From assembly GCA_002633005.1 (NCBI GenBank), contig NMRA01000149.1, forward strand, positions 564,192 to 628,191: a DNA stretch of 64,000 nt. The letters run 5' to 3'. The number at the start of each line of letters is the position of its first letter. Position 1 is the first letter of the stretch. This DNA is from Phoronis australis (taxonomy: Eukaryota; Animalia; Phoronida). Positions 50,111-63,637 of this stretch are shown piece by piece. The notes beneath the pieces are model-generated. The model made no database searches, was not told the DNA's origin, and worked only from the letters and a program-made list of their open reading frames with translations. Position numbers and translations under genes: made by a program.

Positions 50111-53100
50111 GTATTTTTTCACTATGCCTGGGTATAAATGCAGGTTGTTCAAGTTCAGTGAACTATAGGTTCAGTTGGATGAGGTTCAGAATAGAAATAG
50201 GTCAACTTTCATCTTTGGCGCATTTAGCCGAGTTGAAAGACTTGTGGAGGTGAGCGCATAGCCAAACAGCATTTGATAAAATTTTGAATCAAATGATAAC
50301 CCGGAGAAATATCAGTTGTCATCTGCCAATTTTCTAATACAGTACCCTATATTGTAAGTGGGCCTCCTTGTGACAATTAATTTTCTGCATCCACTATCTC
50401 TTTCTCAATTCTGTCAAAGCATGACTTAAATTATTCTTTGTGGCCCAACAAGTATTAATGTATATTTTGGGGCAGTTCTATTTGTGACGGACGTACAATT
50501 ATAGAGAACATGTTTATCATTTGCGAAAAAAATGTTTATCCTAGGAAAATGATTAATATATCAATTGATAGATATGATCAATAGCATTCAAAGCGTGTAT
50601 CGACTTTTCTTCTGGTGCCTTTTATCTGACTGAGAAAATTTCCTGTAAAGGGGTGTGACGAACGTAGGCAGCGAATTCGAATTTTAGGAAAAAAAATCAA
50701 AATTAATTTTTGTGAGTTGCACTTAGTTACACTTTTTTGTTTTATATGATATCTTCTAAGAAATTTTTGTCAGACAGCTCGTTGTAAGTCGAGTGTGTCT
50801 GACATACGTGACGGACGCACGCTCTGAAATTTTTAGTATTAAATTGAATTCAGAATAATTCAAACTTTTGCAGTATTTAAGTTACTTTGGTTGTTTACTA
50901 CTGATTCAGTGTTATTAATCAAAATACACTGATTGACATTTTGCACAAAATCATTACAGGTAGACAAATGTTGGGAATATACACTAGTTTTTTAACTTTT
51001 CAATGCATTTCATTAAACATATAAAATGAAAGTGCTCAGAGGAGTGACACAACAGTCTTCTTCAATAGAAGGTAAACCAACAACAGTGTAGCAAAATCAG
51101 TCAACAAAGGAACAGGGTTATCACAGAATCTCAGATAATTCAAAAAGTAGACTTTCTGGCAAAAAATGAAAAACATATTTTCTGAAAGCCTGTTCAAAAC
51201 TATCAAACACTATAGTTGTTAAACTAACGTGCCTTTTCAAAAGTTTTCAAATTTTGCATTTTTTTTCAAATTGAAACTCGAATAACTCAAAAACGGTAAG
51301 TCTGGGAAAAAATAATTCAAGTCATTTGAAAGAATATTCATCAGAGAATCAACATGCAAAAATTCATGTCATTTCCTCTTCCCGTTTTACATGGCACTGC
51401 TGCACGATTGAAAATGGGCAAAAATTCGCCAGATACGCCATCTTGAAAGCAACTTCCGGTTATGCAGCTCTTGATAATAGGTAGTCACAGGAAACTAACA
51501 TGAGGAAAATTGGTCCTACAATGCGCCCTCTACAGGTGCGCGTGTGTAATTGCCGATATTTTCGCCATCTTTGATCGGAAGTTCATGCTTTCGGGTGTAT
51601 TATTAGCACTTGTCTACTTCTGTGCCAATTTTCAGCCATGTACGTCAAAAAATGCGGCCTCTATGAGTATGGTATTTGAAGCTGAAATTGGAAACAAAAT
51701 AGCCACAACATCCGCTATTTTGGATCCGATCATGACGATAAACAATAGGCTTCCAGTACTCTTGGAGTTACACGTTGTGTGTAAATTTCATGGTGATCAG
51801 ACGAGAGGCATTGAATGATATCATATCATGGTGTACAAGATGGCATTTTTTCTAGTTTTGGAGAATATTCCGGCAGAGATTTATTCATCTTACAGTTTCA
51901 TATTCTTCTTCCCGTAGTCTCCATCAATTTCCTCTTTCGTTTCTAAACGATAATTTAATATCCTCGACGCTCAGCAGAAAAAAATTAGTCTAATTCTTAA
52001 AACGATTGCGACATCAAGGTTCTTGTTTTGACAAAAATATGAGGTGAGACAATGTAATCATTTGCTATGAAACCAGTTCATACAAGCCACCCAAGACACT
52101 GAAAAACTATTGTCAGTGAAGGTGTGAATGCTAATAAAGTAGGTGACAGGTTGCTTCTTAAAACCCCCAGTATTGGCGTTTTCTACACCAAACTTAGCAG
52201 GTCAGAGCAGAAATAACATGTTGACTCCAGCGCAACAGCAATTTCACATGTATTCTTTTAGGTCTCTTATTATTTATACTCCAGAGCATCTTAGGAATTC
52301 TTAATATTTGAATATTTTTCCGTCTTGAATTTTCCAGAAGCTAATCACTTCTTTACAAACACGGGGCAAGAGCAGAAAAACATTTGAGTTCATTAAATTC
52401 ACATTTTGTTTTATTTATAATGTGGTCCAGTACTTTTGAAAGTGAAGAAGTCCGATGCTTCTAGTTCAAATCTGTAGCAAATTCTTAACGTGATTTTAAA
52501 GTTGAAATATTTAATCCTTTTAAGGTTCTTAGGTGTGATATAAATTTTATCTTCTGTGACCTGCAAAAATGGGTCCGCTTAGGCAAAAATGAAAGTTATA
52601 GGACAGTCAAATATAAGTTTTGAAACTAAAGAGACCGGGCTTTCCGATGAAACCAGAAATGTTAGTGTAGTCACAATTTTAATTTTTTGTCTCTTGGTTG
52701 ACCTTTTTGCAGAATTGCCCTTTGATTTCTCAGTCTTTTAATGTTCAACAGATTAGAAACTTTTTTAATTTTAGTTCTGTTTAACAAAACGCGTTCACAA
52801 AAACCTGATGTGCAGACGTATTAAAATGATGAACGTATCAATGAATTAGTAATAAAACATGCAGATGTTGAATGCTAGATACTGTTTACAGGGCGCTAAA
52901 AGATGTACTGTCACTTCAAATTACTTACGGACAAGATTGCTGGTGTAAATTCATGAAAACAGTGATAGAAATCAAGTATTTAAAGCAAAAAACGTTGTTG
53001 ATTTACTTGATAAGAAGCTCAATTTTCTTTGCACTGCCTTGACATGAGTTCATGGTAGCATTGTGTGATAAAATTTTTGTTTTTCAAAACTGAGCTGTTT

Positions 53101-56100
53101 GTTTGCCATTCCTGTGCCCATAGAACACGTGATGACTCATGCACTTTCCTTTACTGCAAGGCATAGCCATATCATATATGGTAGACTCAGGCGCAGAGTC
53201 TGATCCACAGAAATTGGATTTGACCTTTGCATTGTACTGACTGCAGCATAGAGTCTGACTGCAGGGTTTCCAAAAATGTACTCGTATGGACGAGGGCATT
53301 GTGAAGGAACCTCCGACACCTCGTCAAGGAACATTTACTTAATTGGTGTTCAAATATTGAAACCCCAAAAATTGTTAAACTGATGAACTTCTGAAACGCA
53401 GTCAGTGTTTTGATGCTGTAAAACATGACTTGACATATATCACGTGACCAAATGTTTTGTTATTCACATCTCTTGTGGTCACAAAAGATCTCTAGACTAT
53501 ATTCTCATGTTGCAATAGAGCACAGGAATATTCGCAGTGTTAAGCACTGTTTTTGATTATACTGCTGCTAAAAGGTACAAGTATGTCTTCGTGTCAGCTT
53601 AATTCTATGTGTCATGTGCAAAAAGTGTGAAATGTGTTAAGAATAGCAGAATCTAGGGGAATGATTCCCTCCTTCATGTTCGTGGCATAAACCAAATTTT
53701 AATGCTTTTGCTTTTGTGTATTTCCAACTGTAGGAAGTCATTGCTGACATTGGCATTATGGGAACGGAGAAGCTGGATCAGGAAAAGCAGAGTGGGTCGG
53801 AGATCATGCCTGTTAAACCAGGTAGGTTGTAAACCAACTCAGCTCAACATAATGGCTAAGGTAAACATGGTCTGCTGAAGGCGGTGCTGCTGTAGGAGGT
53901 TGATGAACAGTTTAGCTGATGACCATCTTGTTACTTCGCCACATTTGCAACGTTAGTTTTTCTATCCGCAGCATTTATCTTGAATAAATTAAAAGATACT
54001 GATTTTTAATGAAATTCTCGCAGACAAATTGAACCCTCAATGATCGTAACAGCATTGACTTAATTCCTGTTGTAATCAAAGTCACTTGTCGTGTAGTTTT
54101 AAGAGCATAATGTTAAGTCCCTGTAGTGGGCCTTGTCCAATGGTTGATATGTTATGAATTGGTGGTTTTCATTGTGTTTTTGGTCTACTCTAGCAGTAAC
54201 GAGTCAAGTCAGTTCGAAAAATGGAAAAGGGAAGACTAGTGGAAGTGGTCATAAAAGGCGATTCAAGTGCAGCGTGTGTCTCACGGTGGGCAATGTTTTA
54301 TTAGTTTAGCACGATTGTTCCTGAAGAAGGTTACAGTGACATCCCCAGACTGTTGCAATCTTAGCTGCATTCTATACTTGCAAACCTGGGATTTTTACTG
54401 ATAAGACAGTTCAATAGCTGGAGAGACGAACTGTGTCATTTTTGTCTTTATCATAATTATACTTATGGCAGCATTTTGCTGTAATATTTCTATCTGCAAG
54501 AAAAGAATCCTACATTGACACTCTCACTGGTTGAGATCAGGCAACTCAACTGGTTTGCGTATCTTATTGGAATCTGCTAGTGTTGATCAAAGGGACCATG
54601 CTGTTGTAGTTAATTACATCACCTCAGGCTACTGATGTTATTGTTCTCTAGATAATCAGGCCCATTAAAAACACAAGGGGGATGGGGGTGGGGGTGGTCA
54701 ATAGTATTTTTTTATATTTTCATTTAGAAAGTTTTTGATAGCATATAACATTTGAATAGTTCGGGAAAAGTACACATGGTTACTGTTTTTGAATTTTTTT
54801 AATTGAACAAGAAATGTGACTTGTACTACCTAAAACTTTTGTATAATGTTGTCATATTATGCTCCTCCTGTTAACTCTGCTGGGTGTGCAACATAATAGG
54901 GCCAATTACCAAACCAGCCTGCAGTATTTGGAATTTAAGGTAAGCCAAGTGTCATACACAATTCTTGGGATGTGATCTCCTGTTTTTTGCTCTGTCTACC
55001 AACTAAATGCTGATGGGTCACAAACCTGTTTATGGCATGAAAAGGAAGGATACCCCCAAGGCCGAGCAATTCTCTTGCAAAACAGGCATTCCTCCTTAGA
55101 GCTGTTGTGTTTTCATGTGTGACTCTTGAATGTTTATTTTGAAAAACAGCTTCAGAGGTGATTTGCTGTGTAGTTTTCAAGTAGTTATGTGTTGAGTTTA
55201 GCCAAAGCTTATGTTTGCCCATATAATGCTTTTTTGCTCCTCTAAAGGAAGAATTTAGACTGTAAAAGTAGTTGTTTTCTCTTAATGAATTTCCTTTGTG
55301 TTTCAGGTTGACTTTTGCAAGTACAAAACTAAGCATTTTGGACAAACCAAACGTCTGTGCAATGACACTTGTTACAAAATGTTTCGTGCCCACCCTGGCA
55401 AGTACATTCGAAGTCTGCTTAAAGGTCATGCTGCTTGTCCTCCATTTCCTGCTGTGGTCACACCCCCCTCTGGTGGGACAAGAGAGTGCTGGGGGTGCTT
55501 GAAAGAGACTGACCTGAGAATTACTTACCATGGCCTTGACCTTTGCAGCGAAGCGTGTCTGTACCACTATGAGTTGTCGTTGGACACGACTTGCTCAAAT
55601 TGCTTGCAGAAGATCGCGCTATTCTGTATCAGCAAGTACAGCAGTAGCTTTGGTCAAGGCTTCAAGCAGTTCTGTTGCGCCACCTGCCTGGAAGAATACA
55701 AGACACGTGTGAAGCTGTGTAGTTCCTGCAATTGCGACCTGTCAAACTCCATGCATGATGGCTTTATGGCACCTGTCGGCACGATGGGAGTTTTTCGCGA
55801 CTTCTGCACAGAGACATGCATGAAGAAATATTTGGACAGTTACAGGTAACATTTATTGGATATTACTACTTGATCATTGATACGTCTGTTCTCTGATTGG
55901 CCATGCTGTACAACAATAACTTCCCATTAACCATGAAACTTCTGTCCTGTGATTGTCAAAACATGGTACTGTAACTTTCGATTTGCTGCGTTGTTATACG
56001 ATTTCTGACACTTCTGTCCTGTAAGTGGTTGAAATGCAGTACGATAACTTACGATATAGCATAATATTGACCAATCTGGCCGTGGAATATCACTATGTTT

Positions 56101-59100
56101 ATGCCGCCTGAACTTCAGATATCGCTATTAGCAATATGACCAATTAAATGCTGTAGAAATCATAAACCCTGACCACGAAGAAAGCAGACAATGCCAGTAC
56201 ATCAAAGCAGGTAAGAACAAGCTGATCTAATTACAGGCTAATAGTCAGAGGAAAGAAGCATCAGTGGATGTGTAATGAAACACATTAGATAGATCTGTTG
56301 GGCATATTGGGTCATATTGGGTCATATGGACCTAGTGAGAGCAATGTTGCTCTTGGCTGGCTCTCCCTTGGTCCATATAACCTGGTATCACCCTCAGGAT
56401 CGATACATTTTCATTGGTCTAGTAGTTCCGCATGTGACTCATATCTAACTACGAAGCCAGAAATAAGAGATCTGGTGTAGCACATGCTTTTGTATTACGT
56501 AGACAATAGAAGTTCGGTTAACTTGTTACGAATGACGTCTACCAATTTCAAGATAATTTTGTTAAGGTTTGCGGCAGTTAGTATTTTGCACTTTACATGA
56601 AAGTTCCAGTTGTGTTCCGTTATTTGACAAGGCACATCTCAATTTTGCACTTTACATGAAAGTTCCAGTTGTGTTCCGTTATTTGACAAGGCACATCTCA
56701 ATTTTGCACTTTACATGAAAGTTCCAGTTGTGTTCCGTTATTTGACAAGGCACATCTCAATTTTTGTCTGGTGGCACCGGATACTATAATTGTATTTTCA
56801 TTGCTTTTTTCTTTTGAAAGGTTCGAAAACCTGTCACAATAAAACATTTGCGTTTGACATTAGTCTATAAAAGTGCGTCACACCAGATTTATTTGCTTGT
56901 TTTGATTGTTGAAGCACCCTCTGGTGGCTGCAGTGGTTACAGTTGCCATACTTGCTGTTTCCTCATTTTTCAATTACTTCCAACATTGTTGTGAGTAACT
57001 AGAAATGTTCACTTTTTTGTATTTTAAAATATTATTTACTGCATGAACTTGGTTGAGCGCTAATTTGGTGCCTAATATTTTTTACGGAAAAAGTCAGAAA
57101 ATAAATTTTAGCTGTCTGCTGTATTTTGTCCTAATAAATCTAATTCAGTCCTCCAGCCTCTTGACGAGAGCTTGTTGGAATATGAGAAATTGTTCCAACA
57201 TGGGTATCAATGCTTGAAGCTTTAGATTAAATGAGTTTGGTTCTTGCGAACATTTTGTCCCATCAGCACCCTTGGTTATTGTTGTGTATCTGTTTTCAAA
57301 TGGTATACAGCCCTATGCGAGTTCAAGCATCCGTCAGCAACTGCTCTGGTTGTGGTCGGGCCACGTCTACAAGCCGCTGTGTCTTCTTCAACAACTGTTT
57401 GCACAAGATCTGCAGTACAGCATGTATGGGAAAGTGTACAATGGAATATGGCCTGTCGAACCTGAAAGAATGCGACAACTGCTGTGTGTTGTATGAGGCT
57501 GTCAACTGCCATGTGTTAAACTTCGAGGGAAAAAGACATCTTTTCTGTACGATCACCTGTTTGAATGTGTACAAGGACCTTCATACAGAGGTAGTTCAGT
57601 TATTGTATGTTTATATTATCTGGCCTTGGACCTGATGAAATTGGTGTGTGTAATGAATTTAGACAATTTTAAGGCTACCCAGAACTCTGCCAGTGACTAT
57701 GTGTTTTTGCATAAAATTTTTGAGGTTTGTGGTTAACTCTTGAATATCGTGCATTATCTCTAAGGTTGTGGGTTTGAAAGCCTGTGATGGCTACGTAATG
57801 TTTGTGAATCAAGTGCTAATAATATTTTTTATGTGTTTCAATTCAATGTACTTTGGATTGTTTGTCACCGTAGCGTTCCATCAAATTCAAATATCACTTC
57901 ACTCTGTATTATCCATCCCCGTGCTGGCCATCTTCTTCATACATCATCATCACCAGTTTCATCATTTTTTGAGCTATGGTTCAGTTTTGCTCCCTAGAAT
58001 GTTTTCATTAACATATTTATCTGGTACAGTAAAAATTATTTACTTTCAGACAAAATAGTTCTTGAAATCATACCTTTTCTTCTATTTTTCAAAGGATTAC
58101 TGCATTTCTTTTAAGTGCTCAATGTTTTTCCAAACATTGTTTACAACAATGCCACTCAATAACTGCTCAACAGAAAAGTTTTTATATTTATTTTTTTCAG
58201 AGTTTTGACAACTTAAAAATTAAACTATTCCATGTTGTGTCCCAAACTGATTTTTACCAAAGATATTTTATGTTATTGTAGCGGGTTGGGAGTGTTCTTC
58301 CATCAGCATTCCATTTCTTTGTTTACATCCATTGTTTTGGCTAGAGATTTTCACCTCTTCATTTATTAGGGAGTTTTGGCAAAGTTGTGTGTACATATAT
58401 GGACCTGGAATCTCCCTGTTTCTGTTCCTAACTATGTCTTCAAAAGATGATCCTATCAATGTAAAGAACAAGGAAAGCCTTTTTACCTTTGACCTATAGT
58501 TAAGTCTGAAGAGATCTCTGTTCTGACCAGAGCTTGAACCTGGGATTTTCCACTAACCATGCAGATGCTCTAGTTAACTGAGCTATCAAGACCATCGATT
58601 AATAATTCTTGCGTAGATCATATCAATGGTCTGATTTACAATTATTGACCTTAAGGCATTACCCCGGAGCTGTTCAGATGTTGCACACAATGTCTATTTC
58701 CGCCTTCTCTAAGATGATGAACTGCATTTGGTGCAACATGAGGAAGGACAACTTTGACATGGTGCAGCAGACAATCTCCAAGGTTTCTCATCAGTTCTGC
58801 TCCTTCAAGTGCTTGTCAATGCACCAAGCCAAGATGAAGAGTCGTTTCCAGATGAAACCCTACCAAATAATGCCTGGTGGCCTACAGGGAATGTCCCAGC
58901 AAGCAGTACTCCAATCAGGTATGAATAGCAACAAAAATGAATAGTTTGTTACGATTTCTTGCCATGTTCACAACAGCTATTATGTACATGACATTTTAGC
59001 ACCTCTGTATATGCCTAAGTTAGAATGCAAACAGTCACAATCACACAAACTGTTTGTGCAGATCTCCAAACCACAGACTGTCATAATCTATTGTTGCCAC

Positions 59101-62100
59101 AACTTGTGTTTTTGTGGCTTGCACAAACTGTCCGTAACCATGATGTTGCGGCAGTTTTTACAGACATTTGAAGCACAAATTGTCACATTATAACCAAAGT
59201 TCAATTAGCTGCAGTGACAGTCTGTTCAAGTCTTCAGTCTTCAGAGTCTTGAGGAATCGTTGGTTTTACCTGCATCCATAAAATGGGCAATGGCCGAGGA
59301 GAGTAGAGAATCCCAAGGCAACTTGAGGAACAAGTTCCCTTTTCCCTTCGTGTCGGGAGACTTAAGAGAATGCTACAGTTATCGATGAAACGGTGAAGAG
59401 GAAAACTGTGAAGGTGTGTCGGGGGTTGACAGAATGAAGAGGTTGGTGGAAACTGCGATATTGGCAGAGATGAATATTCGGTATAAAGACATGGAAGTGA
59501 CATGAGGCATAAAAGCAAGTGGACATTGACACTGTAGACTAGATATATAGGATGTTAACTATTGTCATGATGTTAATTGTCTGATATGGCATATATTCAT
59601 GCATCTTAAAATCATCGTGTTTGGTTGTTTTCCTGTGAATTTTTGTAAAAGGAACTTAACTGCCTCCACAAATTCAGACACATGATGACTTCACATTTCT
59701 AAGTGGTTGGTGAAACTACTACAGATTGTTGAAAAGGGAAGTTATGAAAATTTATGCTTTGAAAGTGTCTACAGACCAAAGCCCACATTACTTGAGCATT
59801 TTGTTAGGTTTCAACTCCAGACGAAAGCAGTTTTAAATCGAGGCTAAATCCAGATATCGATCCAGTCCATGGTTAAACATCCTCCCATTCTTTTGTCCAG
59901 TATGACTAGGTCCAAATAGTTACTAAAACAGTCACCAGGGGTCTGTTTCATGAAAGTAACTTAAGATTTTTAATATACAGAAATTTGGTCTGATGCTCTC
60001 ACTTCACAGTTGTTGAAAAAAAGGTTTAGTCAAGTAATTACTCTACAATTTAGAAAAGACAGGCAGTTATTGTGTATATTCCCATGACTGTACTTTTGCA
60101 GTTTTGTGGTGTGCAAGACCATTAATGCCTGACCTTAGATAATTCAGCATTATTTATATGCAGTATTATTAATGACAGTGGCTCATGTACAAATCTATTG
60201 TTGAAATATAAGGTATCGTTGACACAGACCGTTTCTAATTATCTGAAGGGTAAGGTGCTTGTGCCTTCTGAGACGGTATTTTTGGGGCGAGAGGAACCCC
60301 CTATTTTTCAGCCCCAAAACTGAGGCTTTGATATCCTTGTGAATTACTGTCGCAATTTTGAGGATTATGACAGTCTGCAAACCACAAATTGTCAGAGTGA
60401 AAAGTTAGGACTGTTTGTGCTTCCTAGGTGACAGTTTTAAACAGTTACAACAGTTTCTGGTTTAACACATCTGTTGTTAGTTTTTTTAAACCAGTTTGTA
60501 GAACTCGTTACTGCAACATCTTAATGCAAAACATTGAATTCCTCTCAATTCTAGGATAACCAGGATCCTCCAAGCTTTGCAAATGGTTCCATTTTCTGGG
60601 TTATTTTAATGTTTTCATTGTCCCTGCTTATGTATTTTAATCTTTGTTATCCAACTGTCTTCCGTAGCGGTCCCTGTCCAGCCCAGTCAGTCATCGCTTC
60701 CACAGATTGCAGAGATCATATCCTTAGCACCTGGAAGCACTACTGGCCAGATGGTGGCTAATACAATAGAATCAACAATGAGAACTTCTACAGTGAGCTT
60801 GTTGATCAGTAATTTATTCTGGTGGCAGATATTTAATAAATGTCATGACCAATGCAACCATGATTTAGCCATGATTTTACCATGGTCAGAAACATGGAAA
60901 AACATGGTGACCATGGTTTAACCCAGACACATACTGACCTAGTCGTCTGTGAATACAGATATATGGAATCTTAGTGGAACACAGTTCAGCCTAAGGTTTT
61001 TTGCAAATCAAAGCTTTAGCCTTTGGCAGTTCCAATACCCAATGAAGCAAATGATAAAAAATGTATTTTTTCACCACGAAATGGAATTGACTTGCATACT
61101 AGAATTCTGTATATCTGACAATACACATGTCCATGACTTTGTCCACCATGTTGAATATTTAATTTGGGTAAAGTAAACAAATCAATTCCCATGTAAGTGG
61201 ATAAGATAGTATGGTCTGTTCAAACCAATGTTTTTCAAATGACTTTGAATTGTAAAAGGTTGCAATTGTGCCATTCACACTATACTTAGGATTGTTACAA
61301 ACTCATTTTTGCTCAATTTTGCTCAATTTTGGAGAGCATTGTAAGATGCTGATGTCAGTAAAAATACTGTCTGTTAATTAGCTGTCGATACAAAAATAAT
61401 GCAAGGTTTTTGATTATTTCAGTTAAAGACTTACCGTAATATTATTACAACTGCCATCTATTGCCATCACCTATCACCCCTGGTGTAGGTTGACTGAGTG
61501 AAGCCAAGATGTAAGGGATGAAAGCTAATATAGCAAATAATGTGAAGGTTTCTGATACAAACAATCCTGCTGCAATCACATACAGACGGCGAGCATGTTT
61601 TATCAAGCACTGTTTTCGCCATTTGCTTGTTATTTTATGAGAAATCGGCATTTTGTTTTCTAATCTCAACCTGTTGAACACAATGTAAAAATTACTGCAT
61701 ACATAGCACGCATGCCCATTTCAAAGCCATAGACCACTGTGTTACTCCTGGTCAGGAGGCTCCATTTTCATTCTGGGGATACTGCAAATTTACCTTTGAG
61801 AAACGACTGGGACAGCTGAATGGAAAAAATGAGGACAAGGGGCATAGATAAAGACATTTCACAGAGGATTGCCTGCTGTGGAATTTTAAGTGATGTTATT
61901 TAATGGCACATTTCTATAAGGAACCGCGGATATTTGTGAAGATCACATTGAATAGAACAGACTCGAGGGTATAAAACAGTTATGTTTTGTAACAACTATG
62001 AAGGTAGAATCATCCTGAAAAGTTGTAATATTCATTGAATTTGGTTGAGATTTGCAGACATTTCATCGACTGGTAAACCAGGAATATTCATTCTGAAGCA

Positions 62101-62396
62101 TTGATCATGATTACAGCGCTTAATTGTGAATGTAAATGCTACACTATGAAAATTTTTGTTGAATGTCATACAGTTTTGTCAGAATTGTTGAAAGCTGTCA
62201 GTGCTGACCATCTTCGAATAATTTTTTTTGTTTGCTCTGAAGGCATCGATGCCCCAAACCATCGTCCTGAAGGAAGTCATCATTCAGCACCCGCCCCCCA
62301 AGCACGTGAAAAACAAGTCCCTCCAATGTAAACCTTACAGTGAGACTAAGGCTACAAGCTTTCATTGTTGCAGTGAAGACAAGGAAATACAGACAG
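49679..62396 (+). CDS. THAP-domain and MYM zinc-finger chimeric gene (tandem ZMYM paralog); probably continues past the right edge
   Basis: Phase-consistent exons: 49679-50110 (THAP), 53734-53821, 54194-54285, 55307-55845, 57311-57590, 58714-58918, 60668-60792, 62243-62396. Exons 2-8 match ZMYM exons 20923 to 38305 one for one in order and intron phase (e.g. GIMGTEKL vs GIMGMDKL, and [32 protein letters not shown]). No stops or frameshifts seen. Confidence 0.88.
50470..52720. mobile_element. About 2.25-kb DNA transposon derivative with a 4-bp TSD (Sola-like)
   Basis: Termini GGGCAGTTCT / AGAATTGCCC with TTTG on both flanks; subterminal motif GTGACG(G/A)ACG occurs three times. A diverged inverted copy of the right end begins near 63638. 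Confidence 0.65.
56583..56760. repeat. 59-bp perfect tandem triplication
   Basis: Units start at 56583, 56642 and 56701. Confidence 0.95.
58526..58588 (-). repeat. tRNA-like / SINE head fragment
   Basis: The minus strand reads GATAGCTCAGTTAACTAGAGCATCTG...CCCAGGTTCAAGCTCTGG, with A-box and B-box-like motifs. Confidence 0.5.
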
Positions 62397-63637
62397 GTGG
62401 GTGTCACAAAACTCACTTAAAACGAAAATGCAAAAACTCAATTGTGATATGTGGATGACAGTAGCTGCGTCTGGCTACAGGGATGAATTGAAGAGTATAA
62501 CTAAAGAGGCTGTTTGTATAACACACTTTATTCAGTGCAGCATTGGCAAGCGACAGAGTTACAGGCGAGGAAAAGGGTCTGAACTAGCGTTGAAAGAGAT
62601 ACCAAAGAAGCGTTGAAAAATAGATACGGAAGAAGCGTCGAAAAAGTGAAACCGAAGAAGCAGTTATCTGCAAGAAATAAAAAGCACAGTCTGAGTATTC
62701 AGCAAGCTAACATAATTAATTAACAAACAGTAATCAGAGCGTTAGAAAGACCCGTGACAATGACTCTATATTACAGGCCTAACAAATACTACCTCACTAA
62801 CAATACACAATTAACTGGAACCCGTGCTATCTATTCTACAACTGGGAACCATTATCGTACACAAACAACTGCCTAACTGCAACCTGTAACTATTTGTCCT
62901 ATGAACTGGGTACCACGCAACATATACGCCAAACAAGCAGCTGAATGAAACTATACGTTAAACAACAACTATACACGCTCTAAACTCAGCTAGTAGATAC
63001 ACACGAGTACAACATGCTATGCCATAATACTCAGTACTTACAACAGTTTGGCCGACAGTCTGTGCTCAGTCTTAAAATTCCAGCATCCGAGGAAAACACA
63101 TGATTCGCGTTACATATCTTGTCAACGAATGCCGTTAAATTCATGAGACACTAGTCACCAAAAACCTGCCCACATAATATAAGCTACTATTCATCTTCGC
63201 AAATGCTATTGTAATCACTGGAATGAACCACCTTACTAAAAAAAAAACCAGTCACAGCGGCGAAAGATGTACTGCCACCTACAAAGAAAATAAACAGGGT
63301 GATAAGTAAATGAAACGCAAGAACCAAATTGAGAATTATGATGCACAGCATCAACAATGACCATTCACTTGATGTTACAAGGAAATGTTTTTGAACTGTT
63401 TTACTTTTGCATGAGGTGCTATCAAATTAGGGCTTCTGTGGTTGTCTTGAAAAAACTCAAAAGTTATAAAACGAAAACGAAATGATAATTTGAAAAAACG
63501 AAGCGGTGTTTTTGAGATTTCATGTTGAACTTTTTCATCAAATGAAATTTGGTCATGTTTGTGATACCGTCGTTTTGCTATTAATATACTTTTTGGTCAC
63601 ATGACCTAATTAATTACAGTCTGGTTAAAAGTCTAAA

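Noticed and set aside
54935-55567. 210-aa minus-strand ORF
   Set aside because: Overlaps a MYM exon on the opposite strand and has no recognisable motif.
53734-62396. Assembly artefact (haplotype duplication) as the source of the second ZMYM copy
   Set aside because: Exons are substantially diverged with in-frame indels and the introns do not visibly align.
62600-63300. Possible LINE 3' remnant
   Set aside because: Only faint similarity; no readable reverse transcriptase motif.
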